DNA from: a virus | Taxonomy: Duplodnaviria; Caudoviricetes | Reading direction: 5' to 3' (one strand) | DNA: 36,559 nucleotides | IMG/VR virus record: IMGVR_UViG_3300042510_000426 | Coordinates: 1-36,559 of that record | Shown here: positions 27,252-36,082 of the stretch, in pieces | Layout of the letters: every line of letters begins with the position of its first letter | Position numbering within the stretch: the stretch's first letter is position 1 | The notes under the pieces: generated by a model | Database searches by the model: none | What the model was told of the DNA's origin: nothing | What the model saw: the letters and a program-made list of their open reading frames with translations, nothing else | Translations under genes and position numbers: made by a program

Positions 27252-27926
27252 ATGGCGCTTCCCCCAGTCGCAGAGATGGAAGCCTACATTCGTGCGAAGG
27301 CTGCCGAGCTCGGCATCGACCCCGACGTGGCCGTGCGCGTGGCCCGCAGCGAGGGCCTGAAGGCCAACACCTGGCAGAGCGACCTCCAGCAGCCCTACGG
27401 GCGCGAGGCCTCCTACGGGCCATTCCAGCTGCACGTAGACCCCACGGGCAAGCGTCCAGGCATGGGCAACGACTTCATGGCGGCGACGGGCCTGAACCCG
27501 GCGAACCCTGACACTTGGGATGAGGGCATCGACTTCGCCCTCGCGCAGGCGCGGCAGGCCGGCTGGGGTCCGTGGATGGGCGCCGCGAAGGAAGACATCA
27601 CCGGCTTTATGGGCATCGGCGGCCAGCCTGCCGCGCCCCAGATGACGGCCTACAACACCGACGACACGCCCGCGATGGGTGCGGCTATGGGCGGCTTCGC
27701 CACCGGCCCTGCCGACGTGCAGGCGCGCATGGACACCGGCGCCGTTGCCGGCCTCCTCGACGAGGACACCTCGATGATGGGCGGCTTCGACACCGCCGAT
27801 TTCGCCAAGCTGGGCGGGCGGATCATGGAGCGCGCAAAAAAGAATAGCACGCCGGAGGAGCAGGAGTTCCTGCAGCCGCAGGTGCTGCAGCCGCTCAAGC
27901 GGTACACACTGAAAGGAACCATGTGA
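27252..27926 (+). CDS. Virion-associated lytic transglycosylase-like protein
   Basis: GIDPDVAVRVARSEG (candidate catalytic Glu), SYGPFQL, GWGPW. Confidence 0.65.
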   Translation: MALPPVAEMEAYIRAKAAELGIDPDVAVRVARSEGLKANTWQSDLQQPYGREASYGPFQLHVDPTGKRPGMGNDFMAATGLNPANPDTWDEGIDFALAQARQAGWGPWMGAAKEDITGFMGIGGQPAAPQMTAYNTDDTPAMGAAMGGFATGPADVQARMDTGAVAGLLDEDTSMMGGFDTADFAKLGGRIMERAKKNSTPEEQEFLQPQVLQPLKRYTLKGTM

Positions 27927-28981
27927 TGAGCTTCTTTGATACGCTCAAGCAGTTTGGACTGTGGCCGCAGCAGGGCGGGCAGGGCGGGCAGCCGCAGGCT
28001 AACCCCTACGGCCTCGACGAGGGCCAGATGCGGCAGGCGCGCATGCAGTCGCTGTCGAACCTGGGCTCGCAGATCATGGCGGCCTCGGTGCAGCAGACGC
28101 CGCGCCAGCGTGCCGAGCTCATGAGCGGCTTCGACATGACGGGCGGGTATCAGAACAACCTCTACAATGCCGCGCAGATGAAGCTTCTCAGCGATAGGCA
28201 GCGGGCTGCGCAAGAAGGCGACGAGCGCGACGGGGCGGCCAAGGCGTGGCTGCAGCAGAAGATCGGCACGATGCCCGACAGCATCCAGAAGCGCAACGCC
28301 ATGATCTACCTGCAGCTGGGCGATGTCCAGAAGGCGGCGGAGATGCTGACGGCCGGCGCGGCGCAGCCCGAGTACCAGATCGTGGACGGCTATTACGTCA
28401 ACAAGAATGACCCCAACGCGCCTGCGGTTCCGATCCAAGGCTATGAGAAGCCTGGAGAAGCCGTCAACCCCAAGGATCGCCTGCCATTCGTTGCCGCCTA
28501 CGAAAACGACCCGCAGGTGCAAGGCTACAACGTCATGGCCTCGACCCTCGGGAGCCTCACCGGCGCGGTCTACGACGACAGCAAGGTGTCCGACCTTGAG
28601 TACATCTACGGCATCGCCAAGGCGCTCGACCCCACCTCTGTCGTCCGCGAAAGCGAGGCCGGCATGGTGCTTGAGGCGCAGGGCCTCGACGAAGCAACGC
28701 TGGGCCGCCTCAACGGCATGCTGGGTGGCGGCACACTGTCGCCGACGCAGCGCATTGAATTGCTCGCGCTGGTGCGCCGTCGCGCCCAGAGCCTGGAGCC
28801 ATTCGTCAAGTCCAAGCGCGAGTACATTCTCCGGGTAGGCCAAGGGGTAATCGACGACAGCATGATGCGGCCGATTGCGCCATTGGCACCTAACCCCGCG
28901 CCGCCCCCTCCGCGGCCACAGACGGTGGCCCCTGGCCGGAGCAGCCCACCTGAACCCGAGCTCATTGGAGTGCAGGACTGA
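27923..28981 (+). CDS. DNA ejection / internal virion protein
   Basis: Gln-rich helical ORF, KALDPTSVVRESE motif, position. Confidence 0.7.
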   Translation: MMSFFDTLKQFGLWPQQGGQGGQPQANPYGLDEGQMRQARMQSLSNLGSQIMAASVQQTPRQRAELMSGFDMTGGYQNNLYNAAQMKLLSDRQRAAQEGDERDGAAKAWLQQKIGTMPDSIQKRNAMIYLQLGDVQKAAEMLTAGAAQPEYQIVDGYYVNKNDPNAPAVPIQGYEKPGEAVNPKDRLPFVAAYENDPQVQGYNVMASTLGSLTGAVYDDSKVSDLEYIYGIAKALDPTSVVRESEAGMVLEAQGLDEATLGRLNGMLGGGTLSPTQRIELLALVRRRAQSLEPFVKSKREYILRVGQGVIDDSMMRPIAPLAPNPAPPPPRPQTVAPGRSSPPEPELIGVQD

Positions 28982-30939
28982 TGCCGACATATTTTTTCAG
29001 AATGGCAGACGGCACGACGGTGCCGATCACGGCAACCACCCCGCAGGAGGCTCGCCTCCTCGCGCGGCAGCGCCAGGCGGAAATCGCCGCCGGCTCCGGC
29101 GAGAGCGGCTGGGACTTCGGTCGCATTGCCGGTCTGGCAGGGCGCGCGGGCGTGGAGGGCCTGGTGGAGGGTGCTGGCACGCTGGCCTCGCTGCCGGTTG
29201 ATGCCGTCTATAATGCGGGCGTAGGTGTTGCCAAGGGCATAGACTACCTGGCGGGCACCGACCGCGCGCCAGACTTCAGCATGCCTGTTACGGGCGCCGT
29301 GAGCTCGGTCGGCGACTATATGGCCGACAGCATGTCGCTGCCCGAGCCCATCACCGACAACGAGAAGCTGGCGATGGCGATCGGCAAGGGCGCGATCTCC
29401 GCGATCCCCGGCATGGCCGTGGGTGGCGCGATGAGCGCCGGCAGTGGTGCCGTGCGCGCAATCGGCAATAGCCTGCGCGCTGCGCCGGTCACGCAGGGCG
29501 TCAGCGGCGCCGTCGCGGGCGGGGCGGGTGAATACACCATGCAGAAGACCGGCAGCGGCACGGCTGCCACGGTGGCGTCGTTGCTGGGCGGCGGCGGTGC
29601 CGGCGCGGGCATGGCTGGCCTGCAAGGCGTCGGCACGGTTTTGAGGCCCCTCACGCGGGGCGGCCGCGACAGCATCGTGGGCGACGTTCTCAACATGCAG
29701 GCAATTGATCCGAACAGCGCCATCAACAACATGGATTTCGCGCCGACCTACGTGCCGGGCTCGCAGCCTCTGGCCGGTGTCGCGTCCCGAGATCCCGGCC
29801 TGATGAGCCTGCAGCGCGGCGTCGAGCGCATGGACACCCGGCGCACGTTTGCAACGGCTCAGGAGCGGGCGGTCGAAGCGCGAAACAAGATGCTGCGCGA
29901 CGTGTCGATGGACGACGCCCAAGTCGAGGCTGCCTCAAATGCCCGCAGCGCCAAAGCTGACGTGGACACGGCGGCGCTGTTTGACACGCCGCAGATGCGG
30001 CAGATGCGGGTGCCGTTGAACGATCTGATGCGCAATCTGAACAACATCAAGGCCGACAAGCGCACCTATGCCCGCCTGCCGGTTCAGGAGGCGCTCAGGG
30101 CTGCCCAAGACATGATCTTGAAAAGCGCCAAGTTAAACCGGCGCACCGGGCAGCGCGAAATCAACCCTGGTGTTCTTTACTCAATCCGCCAGAACCTGGC
30201 AGAGGCGATGAGCGGGAAGATCCGCTCCGACGATTTGCCCAACATCAAGCTGGCGGGCAAGACTGGCGGCACGATCCTCGACATGATCGACGACAAGATC
30301 GAGACAGCGGCGCCCGGTTTCAAGGCGTACATGGCCGACCTTGCGCAAAGCGGGGAGGCCCGTAAGCAGGGCTCGCTTGCGCAGGAAGCCTACGCCAGCG
30401 GCATGTCGCAGGGTGCCACGACTAACGGCGGCGCCCCGTTCTTGAACCTGGCATCGCTCCGCCGCGCCTACAACCAGCGCAAAGGTGAGCTTTCACCGGC
30501 GCAGCAGGATGCATTCGAGCGGGTAATCGCCGACCTGAACCGCGAGCAGCGCGTCAACGCCCCGTCGATCCGGTCGAGCGGCTCCGACACAATGCAGAAC
30601 TTATCGGTCGGCGCCTTCCTCGGTCGCGCACTGGGCGGGCAAGCGGCGCAAGGGCCGGTCGGCGCTGCGCTCGCCAAGCCTATGAACTGGCTGATCGGCT
30701 TGGGCGACTTGGGCACGCCTGCAACACAGGATCGTCTTGTGGAAGCCTTCGCCAGTCCTCGCGTCGCTGCAGCCCTCATGCGCAGAGCCACACCCGGCAA
30801 CGTCGAGTACGCCGGCAGCATCCTGAACCAGGCGGTGCAGGGCGGCCGCGTGGCTGGGCAGAACGCGGCTGCGCAGAACTGGGTCATCGAGGACGCCAAG
30901 GGCAATCGATACGACGCAAACGGCAAGCTAGTGCAGTGA
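28981..30939 (+). CDS. Large DNA ejection / internal virion protein
   Basis: 652 aa, Gly/Ala-rich membrane-like segment, last gene before lysis. Confidence 0.7.
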   Translation: MPTYFFRMADGTTVPITATTPQEARLLARQRQAEIAAGSGESGWDFGRIAGLAGRAGVEGLVEGAGTLASLPVDAVYNAGVGVAKGIDYLAGTDRAPDFSMPVTGAVSSVGDYMADSMSLPEPITDNEKLAMAIGKGAISAIPGMAVGGAMSAGSGAVRAIGNSLRAAPVTQGVSGAVAGGAGEYTMQKTGSGTAATVASLLGGGGAGAGMAGLQGVGTVLRPLTRGGRDSIVGDVLNMQAIDPNSAINNMDFAPTYVPGSQPLAGVASRDPGLMSLQRGVERMDTRRTFATAQERAVEARNKMLRDVSMDDAQVEAASNARSAKADVDTAALFDTPQMRQMRVPLNDLMRNLNNIKADKRTYARLPVQEALRAAQDMILKSAKLNRRTGQREINPGVLYSIRQNLAEAMSGKIRSDDLPNIKLAGKTGGTILDMIDDKIETAAPGFKAYMADLAQSGEARKQGSLAQEAYASGMSQGATTNGGAPFLNLASLRRAYNQRKGELSPAQQDAFERVIADLNREQRVNAPSIRSSGSDTMQNLSVGAFLGRALGGQAAQGPVGAALAKPMNWLIGLGDLGTPATQDRLVEAFASPRVAAALMRRATPGNVEYAGSILNQAVQGGRVAGQNAAAQNWVIEDAKGNRYDANGKLVQ

Positions 30940-30946
30940 GGACATC

Positions 30947-31225
30947 ATGACGCGAGACGACATTTCTTGGCACCTCGACAAGAAGGTGCCGATCGGCCTG
31001 ATCCTGGCCCTGCTGGTGCAGACGCTCGTCATCACGTCGTGGGGCTCGGCGAAATTCGAGAACTACGAAAACCGCATCGCAAGCCTTGAGGAGAGCGACG
31101 ACGCGCAGCAGGCCTACGAGCGGCGCATCACCGTGCTTGAGGAAAAGTTCAACTACATCCGCGACGACCTGACCGAGATAAAGGAATTGCTGCAGCGCGG
31201 CATGCCCGAGAAGGGCAAGCCATGA
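30947..31225 (+). CDS. Single-TM coiled-coil lysis-region protein (holin/antiholin-like)
   Basis: WHLDKKVPIGLILALLVQ TM then coiled coil; precedes endolysin. Confidence 0.6.
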   Translation: MTRDDISWHLDKKVPIGLILALLVQTLVITSWGSAKFENYENRIASLEESDDAQQAYERRITVLEEKFNYIRDDLTEIKELLQRGMPEKGKP

Positions 31226-31632
31226 TCATCAACGCAGCCTCCGAGAAGAAGCTAAAAGGCGTCCACCCGGACCTCGTCCGCGTCGTGCGTCGCACGGCTA
31301 AGGATTGGAAAGACCCGGAGACGGGCTGGATCATCACCTGCGGCACGCGAACCCTTGAGGAGCAGAAGGTGCTCAAGGCCAAGGGCGCCAGCAGAACGCT
31401 GCGCTCGCGCCACATCCCTGCCGCCAATGGCTACAGCCACGCCGTCGATTTCGCCATGACCATCAAGGGCGTGCCCCGCTGGGACTGGGGTCTGTATAGC
31501 GGCCCGCTGGCGACGGCGGTGAAATCTGCCGCCAAGGCCGAGAAAGTGCCGATCGAGTGGGGCGGCGACTGGAAGTTCAAGGACGGACCGCATTTTCAAC
31601 TGCCGTGGGCCACACACCCAGGCAAAAAGTAG
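31222..31632 (+). CDS. Endolysin, M15 family L-Ala-D-Glu peptidase
   Basis: LKGVHPDL, G.RTLEEQ, SRH, HAVD, IEWGGDW.FKDGPHFQL. Confidence 0.9.
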   Translation: MIINAASEKKLKGVHPDLVRVVRRTAKDWKDPETGWIITCGTRTLEEQKVLKAKGASRTLRSRHIPAANGYSHAVDFAMTIKGVPRWDWGLYSGPLATAVKSAAKAEKVPIEWGGDWKFKDGPHFQLPWATHPGKK

Positions 31633-31641
31633 GAGAGAACC

Positions 31642-31818
31642 ATGACCGCACATAAAGCTGTCGCCGCATTCATCACCAGCCTGATCGCGCTGGTCGGCGT
31701 TTTCGGCGTATCGACCGGCTGGGCCAGCCCCACGCTGATCGACGCCGTCTCCGCCATCCTCGGCGCGGTGCTGACGGCCGCCGTCACCTACATGGTGCCG
31801 AACACGCCGAAGGCATGA
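31642..31818 (+). CDS. Two-TM holin-like protein (58 aa, not in ORF track)
   Basis: AGGAGAG RBS; MTAHKAVAAFITSLIALVGVFG...AILGAVLTAAVTYMVPN. Confidence 0.7.
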   Translation: MTAHKAVAAFITSLIALVGVFGVSTGWASPTLIDAVSAILGAVLTAAVTYMVPNTPKA

Positions 31819-32054
31819 GCTGGCTGGAGATCGCCGCCCTCGTCATCCTGTTGATCGGGGTCGGCGCGGGCGGCTTCCTCGTCGCCCAGCGGCCGACGTT
31901 CTGGCTCGGCCTGGGCGGCGTGCTGCTGACGAAGGCTTGGCCGTATCTCTCGGCCTACGTCACGCGCCGCAACTCGGCAGAGATCGAGCAGCAAATGGCC
32001 GACTGCGTGCGCCGCGGCGGCGAGTGGGACAACGCGAAGAAGCGGTGCAGATAG
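31815..32054 (+). CDS. Membrane protein, possible spanin-like lysis accessory
   Basis: N-terminal TM, C-terminal Cys pair; ATGA overlap. Confidence 0.55.
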   Translation: MSWLEIAALVILLIGVGAGGFLVAQRPTFWLGLGGVLLTKAWPYLSAYVTRRNSAEIEQQMADCVRRGGEWDNAKKRCR

Positions 32055-32226
32055 GTTTGACAGTTGTCGCTCTAATCCATTGAAATGTCGTGAGCGTATC
32101 TAGCAGGTTTGACAGCGAAAAACGCAATGATTACAGTCGTCTGGTGACCCAACCGGAGTCGCCAATCTCATTGAAATCGTTGATTTTTTTCTTCGATTTG
32201 TCAAACTTTGCGGTTCAGGTTTGACA
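32053..32226. other. Candidate attP with arm-type repeats
   Basis: AGGTTTGACA at 32053, 32105 and 32217, inverted GTTTGACA at 32199; CATTGAAAT x2; adjacent to integrase 3' end. Confidence 0.65.
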
Positions 32227-33277
32227 CTTTTGACCGCGTTTCGTTCTCAATCAGCTTGTCCATAGCGCCCCGGCCAAGCTGTTTCTGCCGGGCGGCGGCG
32301 CAATAACGCTCAACCTCTTCCAGGCTCTTGTGGCCGGTGATCGCCATGATCTCATGGGCGCTGCAGCCAGCCTCGGCCAGGCGCCTCGCGGCGGCCTTGC
32401 GGAGGCCGTGGAGGACGCACCGCTCGGGCAGGCCAGCCTTGTCGATCGCTTTGGCTACCAGGTTCCCCAGCCCGGCCACGGACGTTCCGCGGCCATCCGG
32501 CGAGGCGAGCAGGACGAGGTGCCGGGGGCTCCACGCTTCCAGCGCCGTCTTCAGTTCAGGGTGGACCGGGATCTCGAGCTCGGCGCCAGTCTTTTCCTGT
32601 TTCACCCACATGGTGCCAGACTCGGCGTTGTAGTGGCGGCGGGTGCGAGTGGCGATATCCTCTCGGCGCTGGCCGGTGTGCAGGGCCATGGCGTAGGCCG
32701 TGCGCTCGCGGGTGCCCAGCGGCCAGTAAGCCTCAAACTGGGCGAGCTCGTCGTCGGTCCAGGTGTGATGGGTGCCCTCGCGGAATTTCTTGATCTTGGC
32801 GGTCGGGTCATCCTTGCGCCAGTTGTTGACGATCGCCCAACCCATGAGGGCGCGGACCTTTTTCAGCATGTTGTTGGCGGCCGCCGGCGTCTCGGCCAGG
32901 CCTGCAATGATCGTCATGACGTGCTCGCGCTGCATTTCGGCGACCATGCGAGGGCCGACGATCTTGACGAAGCGCAGCAGGATCGCCTTGGTGACCTTTC
33001 TCGAGCTTTCCTTGTTGCGAAGAAAGTCCGTCGAATTGAGGTAGGCATCGACCAGCGCCGGCACCGTCCCAGCCTTTGGCGCGAGGCTCTTGGGCGGCAG
33101 CAACTCAGCGCCTGACGCCTTCATATATTCCGCCATGAAAGACGGATCTGACGGCTCTGGAAGCGCGGCTAAGGGGTATCCATTGCGCCTGTAATAGTAT
33201 CGCGCCTGGCCGTGCCGATCCTCAAACCGCTGAACATATTTCAATGTCACCGGCCCGCGAATTGAAAGTCCGACCAT
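32201..33277 (-). CDS. int: Tyrosine integrase
   Basis: TGQRRED (R), KQEKT (K), HGLRK, ITGHK, VERY catalytic residues; start may be GTG 33250. Confidence 0.95.
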   Translation of the reverse strand: MVGLSIRGPVTLKYVQRFEDRHGQARYYYRRNGYPLAALPEPSDPSFMAEYMKASGAELLPPKSLAPKAGTVPALVDAYLNSTDFLRNKESSRKVTKAILLRFVKIVGPRMVAEMQREHVMTIIAGLAETPAAANNMLKKVRALMGWAIVNNWRKDDPTAKIKKFREGTHHTWTDDELAQFEAYWPLGTRERTAYAMALHTGQRREDIATRTRRHYNAESGTMWVKQEKTGAELEIPVHPELKTALEAWSPRHLVLLASPDGRGTSVAGLGNLVAKAIDKAGLPERCVLHGLRKAAARRLAEAGCSAHEIMAITGHKSLEEVERYCAAARQKQLGRGAMDKLIENETRSKVSNLNRKV

Positions 33278-33510
33278 GAGTTTGTGCCTCCAGCAGGTTC
33301 GCCGTCTCGAGGCAGAGATTTAAACGCTTGGCGCAATTCGTCAACGTCCCACACCTTCCGCGTGTTAATCATGCGCGGACGCGGCATCTGGTTGACATTG
33401 ACCAAGTGGTCAAAAGTTGTGGCCGAGACGCCAATCGACGCTGCGGCCTGCAGCCGGTCGAGGCCAAAGACGACCGGCAGCCCGGCGGCGATGTCAGCCC
33501 GCCGCGCCAT
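33247..33510 (-). CDS. xis: Excisionase-like winged HTH
   Basis: QAAASIGVS.TTF..LV....MPRP.......WD..EL; directly upstream of int. Confidence 0.75.
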   Translation of the reverse strand: MARRADIAAGLPVVFGLDRLQAAASIGVSATTFDHLVNVNQMPRPRMINTRKVWDVDELRQAFKSLPRDGEPAGGTNSWSDFQFAGR

Positions 33511-33632
33511 CACCCGCGCCTCGACAAAGCGCGCACGCAATCAGCCACCAGCTGCACCAGGTAGATGCAGCCGCCGAGCGCGCCCACGGCGAAGAACAGA
33601 AACATCAGCCACTGCATCTCGTTTTCTGGCAT
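33510..33632 (-). CDS. 40-aa single-TM peptide (not in ORF track)
   Basis: MPENEMQWLMFLFFAVGALGGCIYLVQLV...; GGAGAG RBS, TGATG coupling to xis. Confidence 0.55.
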   Translation of the reverse strand: MPENEMQWLMFLFFAVGALGGCIYLVQLVADCVRALSRRG

Positions 33633-33634
33633 GG

Positions 33635-34087
33635 TCAGCTCTCCAATATGAACGCCGCGATGTGGCGGCCTGTACCCTTGCCTGGCGTGTTGTCTTCAGT
33701 GGAGTGCCAGCGCACGTCTCCAAGATTGCGCACTTCGGCGCCGGCCTTAATCAGCATCAGCACCCACTTGTCGATCGGGTAGACGAGCACAACGCGCTTG
33801 CCCTTCTCCATCTCTGAAATCGCTTTGCGCGCCCAAGCCGTTGGGCCTTTTTTCTTGCCATCGTGCATGATCGATCCGAAGGGCGGGTTCACGTAGTTCG
33901 ACCGGCCCCACTCGCACGTCAGGCCATCGAACCCTTCCGGCAACGGGTACGGGCACGGATCAAACGTGAAATTGAACTCGCTATTCAACGCATCATAAAC
34001 CTCTGGCGGCGTCAGCCAGTAGTGCTTCGTGTCGGAGCCGTTCCCGACGTGGAACTTGTTCTCATGCGGCTGTTTCCTAGTCGGCAT
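33635..34087 (-). CDS. Phage DNA N6-adenine methyltransferase (Dam-like)
   Basis: WLTPPE, F.FDPC, DGL..EW, YVNPPF motifs. Confidence 0.85.
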   Translation of the reverse strand: MPTRKQPHENKFHVGNGSDTKHYWLTPPEVYDALNSEFNFTFDPCPYPLPEGFDGLTCEWGRSNYVNPPFGSIMHDGKKKGPTAWARKAISEMEKGKRVVLVYPIDKWVLMLIKAGAEVRNLGDVRWHSTEDNTPGKGTGRHIAAFILES

Positions 34088-34088
34088 G

Positions 34089-34328
34089 TCAGCCCTTCCC
34101 GTTGACGATGGCGTAGATGTCGCTGGCGCGCGCGTCGAACTCAGCGGTGAACGCCACCTTGCGCTCGGCGATCTTCTCGCGGCGCGCGTCCAAAAAGGCG
34201 TTCATCTTTGCCCGCTCGGCCTCGATCTCGGCGAGCTCCCGGTCGAGGTGGCCCAGCAAGGTTTCGAACAGGACGGTGTCGTTGGCAGCGAAGTTTTCGA
34301 GGGCTTCAGATAGGGCGGCTAGGCTCAT
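34089..34328 (-). CDS. Coiled-coil hypothetical protein
   Basis: Operon packing, helical heptads. Confidence 0.65.
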   Translation of the reverse strand: MSLAALSEALENFAANDTVLFETLLGHLDRELAEIEAERAKMNAFLDARREKIAERKVAFTAEFDARASDIYAIVNGKG

Positions 34329-34513
34329 AGCGTTATTTCTCTCTTATTGACGAGGATGCGGGTTTGCACGGGCGGCGCCTGGTAGGTGGCATCGCTCCAC
34401 GGCTCAATCTCGCGCTGACGGTGACGCGGGCGCCAGCGGTGGGTGAAGTAGGCCACGACGATTGAGCCCATGAAGATGGCGCCGAACAGGACGCCGGCGA
34501 AGAAGGCAGTCAC
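34325..34513 (-). CDS. Small protein with N-terminal TM
   Basis: GTGA overlap, hydrophobic N-terminus. Confidence 0.55.
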   Translation of the reverse strand: MTAFFAGVLFGAIFMGSIVVAYFTHRWRPRHRQREIEPWSDATYQAPPVQTRILVNKREITL

Positions 34514-34599
34514 CCGCGGCCTCCCACGATCAGAAACGCGATGACGATGACGAACACGGCGCAGCCCGCGGCCAGGCCGAAAAGAACCAGTTCAATCAT
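34510..34599 (-). CDS. 29-aa TM peptide (not in ORF track)
   Basis: MIELVLFGLAAGCAVFVIVIAFLIVGGRG; overlaps both neighbours by 4 nt. Confidence 0.5.
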   Translation of the reverse strand: MIELVLFGLAAGCAVFVIVIAFLIVGGRG

Positions 34600-35006
34600 T
34601 TATCCATCTCCGCTTCGGCTCTAAATCTGGTCTGAAACGTGAAGACCGCCGACGCCCACATTTCGGGCGTGCAGACATCGCGCAGGCACTCAATGAACAG
34701 CGCCTGCCTGCGGCGTTCGTAGTCAGATTTCCCGGCCTTCTTCAGCGTCTTCCCGTGGACGCGCATGGCATCAATCACGCAACGTAAGTATCGACGCTCG
34801 TCCTTCATATCTATCAAGTGCTGCGGGTCAGCGGTGATGCCGTGCTTCTCGAACTGCACAAATGCGTCGTCGAGCTCCGACTGCACCGTCGAGAGTTCAA
34901 AGTGCAGAGAGACCATCAACCGCTCCAACTCGTCGCGGTCGGTAATGTCGCCGACGCGGCGGTCGCTTTCCGGGAGCGTTATGTCGAGCGGATCAATCAT
35001 TTGCAT
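34596..35006 (-). CDS. Hypothetical protein
   Basis: 136-aa ORF coupled to neighbours. Confidence 0.7.
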   Translation of the reverse strand: MQMIDPLDITLPESDRRVGDITDRDELERLMVSLHFELSTVQSELDDAFVQFEKHGITADPQHLIDMKDERRYLRCVIDAMRVHGKTLKKAGKSDYERRRQALFIECLRDVCTPEMWASAVFTFQTRFRAEAEMDK

Positions 35007-35203
35007 TACACATTTGCATCACCTCGGTGCGCAATGAAGGCGAGCTCGATCGACGCCTCCATCACCACTTTCACCGTGTCGGCGGTCAGCTTGATGTCGC
35101 TGTCGGCGGCGCGGTTGAAGACGGTTTCCTGGATGTGCCGCGCCGTGGCGGCGAGCTTGATGTAGTCCACGGCGGCGGCGACCTTGATGTAGTCGATGCT
35201 CAT
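35006..35203 (-). CDS. Small hypothetical protein with 9-aa tandem duplication
   Basis: TAATG coupling to RuvC-like gene; DYIKVAAAV/DYIKLAATA. Confidence 0.6.
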   Translation of the reverse strand: MSIDYIKVAAAVDYIKLAATARHIQETVFNRAADSDIKLTADTVKVVMEASIELAFIAHRGDANV

Positions 35204-35673
35204 TAGCCCATGAACCTCCGTGCCCACTCTGCAATCAAGCTGCTTTCGGCGCGGCCCTCATGCTTCTGCAGCGTGAAGGCATCGGAGCCGGGCCACTTGG
35301 CACGCGCCAGCGCCAGCGAGCTATTCTTGTTGGCGTCGAGGCCGAGCGCCTTCTTCCATGCGGCAGGCTGCACCTGCTCCAGCCGCACGCCGCGGGCGAC
35401 CAGCGCCATCTCGACGACGCCCGACGAGCGGCCGAAATCAAACGACGACGTGACGCCCATCTGCGGCGTGGCGTGAACAGTTTCGAGGACGGCCAGGTCG
35501 ATGGGGCCGTGCTCATAGAACAAGGCCGCCAGCTGATCGTTCAAACTGTGGCAGCACACCTTCGTGCCCTTCTTCAGGGCGACGACCGGCATGTCGAAGA
35601 CCGCCAGCAGCTGTGCGCCGTCGATCAATGCGATGGCGCCCTTTTTGCCTGGGTCACAGCCCAGCACCTTCAT
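35203..35673 (-). CDS. RuvC-like Holliday junction resolvase
   Basis: VLGCDPGKKGAIA, AVLE.V...PQMGV.SSF.FG, P.AWKK, GRAE. Confidence 0.85.
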   Translation of the reverse strand: MKVLGCDPGKKGAIALIDGAQLLAVFDMPVVALKKGTKVCCHSLNDQLAALFYEHGPIDLAVLETVHATPQMGVTSSFDFGRSSGVVEMALVARGVRLEQVQPAAWKKALGLDANKNSSLALARAKWPGSDAFTLQKHEGRAESSLIAEWARRFMG

Positions 35674-35861
35674 TTGCGCACCCGCCGGCCCGCCAGCAGG
35701 CGCTCAAGGAACGTAAGATAGACGCCGATCGGGCGCGAGATATCGCGCTCCCATCTGGAAACCGTCGATTGCTCAACGCCAAGCCTGGTGGCGAGATCCT
35801 GCTGCGTCCATCCGCGCTTTTCGCGCAGTGTTTTAATCTGTTCTGGCAATGAGTTAGACAT
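35670..35861 (-). CDS. Cro-like XRE HTH protein
   Basis: IKTLREKRGWTQQDLATRLGVEQSTVSRWE; GAGGTG RBS. Confidence 0.88.
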   Translation of the reverse strand: MSNSLPEQIKTLREKRGWTQQDLATRLGVEQSTVSRWERDISRPIGVYLTFLERLLAGRRVRK

Positions 35862-36082
35862 CTCACCTCGTAAATGTAACAATAATTGTGGTTAAAAAAG
35901 TTTCCCGGCGATGCAGGCTGCATTATGACTGCATGCATCCGCATTACGCAAGGACACAACAAAACTTGGCGTGAGTTATCCACAGGCGCGGGGCTGACAT
36001 GCAGTTGCATGGTCGTTTAAGACTTGTCACAATGCATATGCATGTTAAATAGAAACAGGAATACTAACGCAGTGAGTGTGAA
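35862..36082. promoter_or_regulatory. Divergent genetic-switch region with operators and DnaA boxes
   Basis: AT-rich; ATGCA-N2-TGCAT at 35999 and 36032, variants at 35911 and 35933; TTATCCACA at 35976. Confidence 0.75.

Noticed and set aside
27650-29922. Long minus-strand ORFs (446 and 438 aa) and many similar antisense ORFs
   Set aside because: Shadow frames of high-GC3 plus-strand genes, with no recognisable motifs
32142-32161. Complete tRNA gene
   Set aside because: Only a 3'-end-like fragment; no D or anticodon arm
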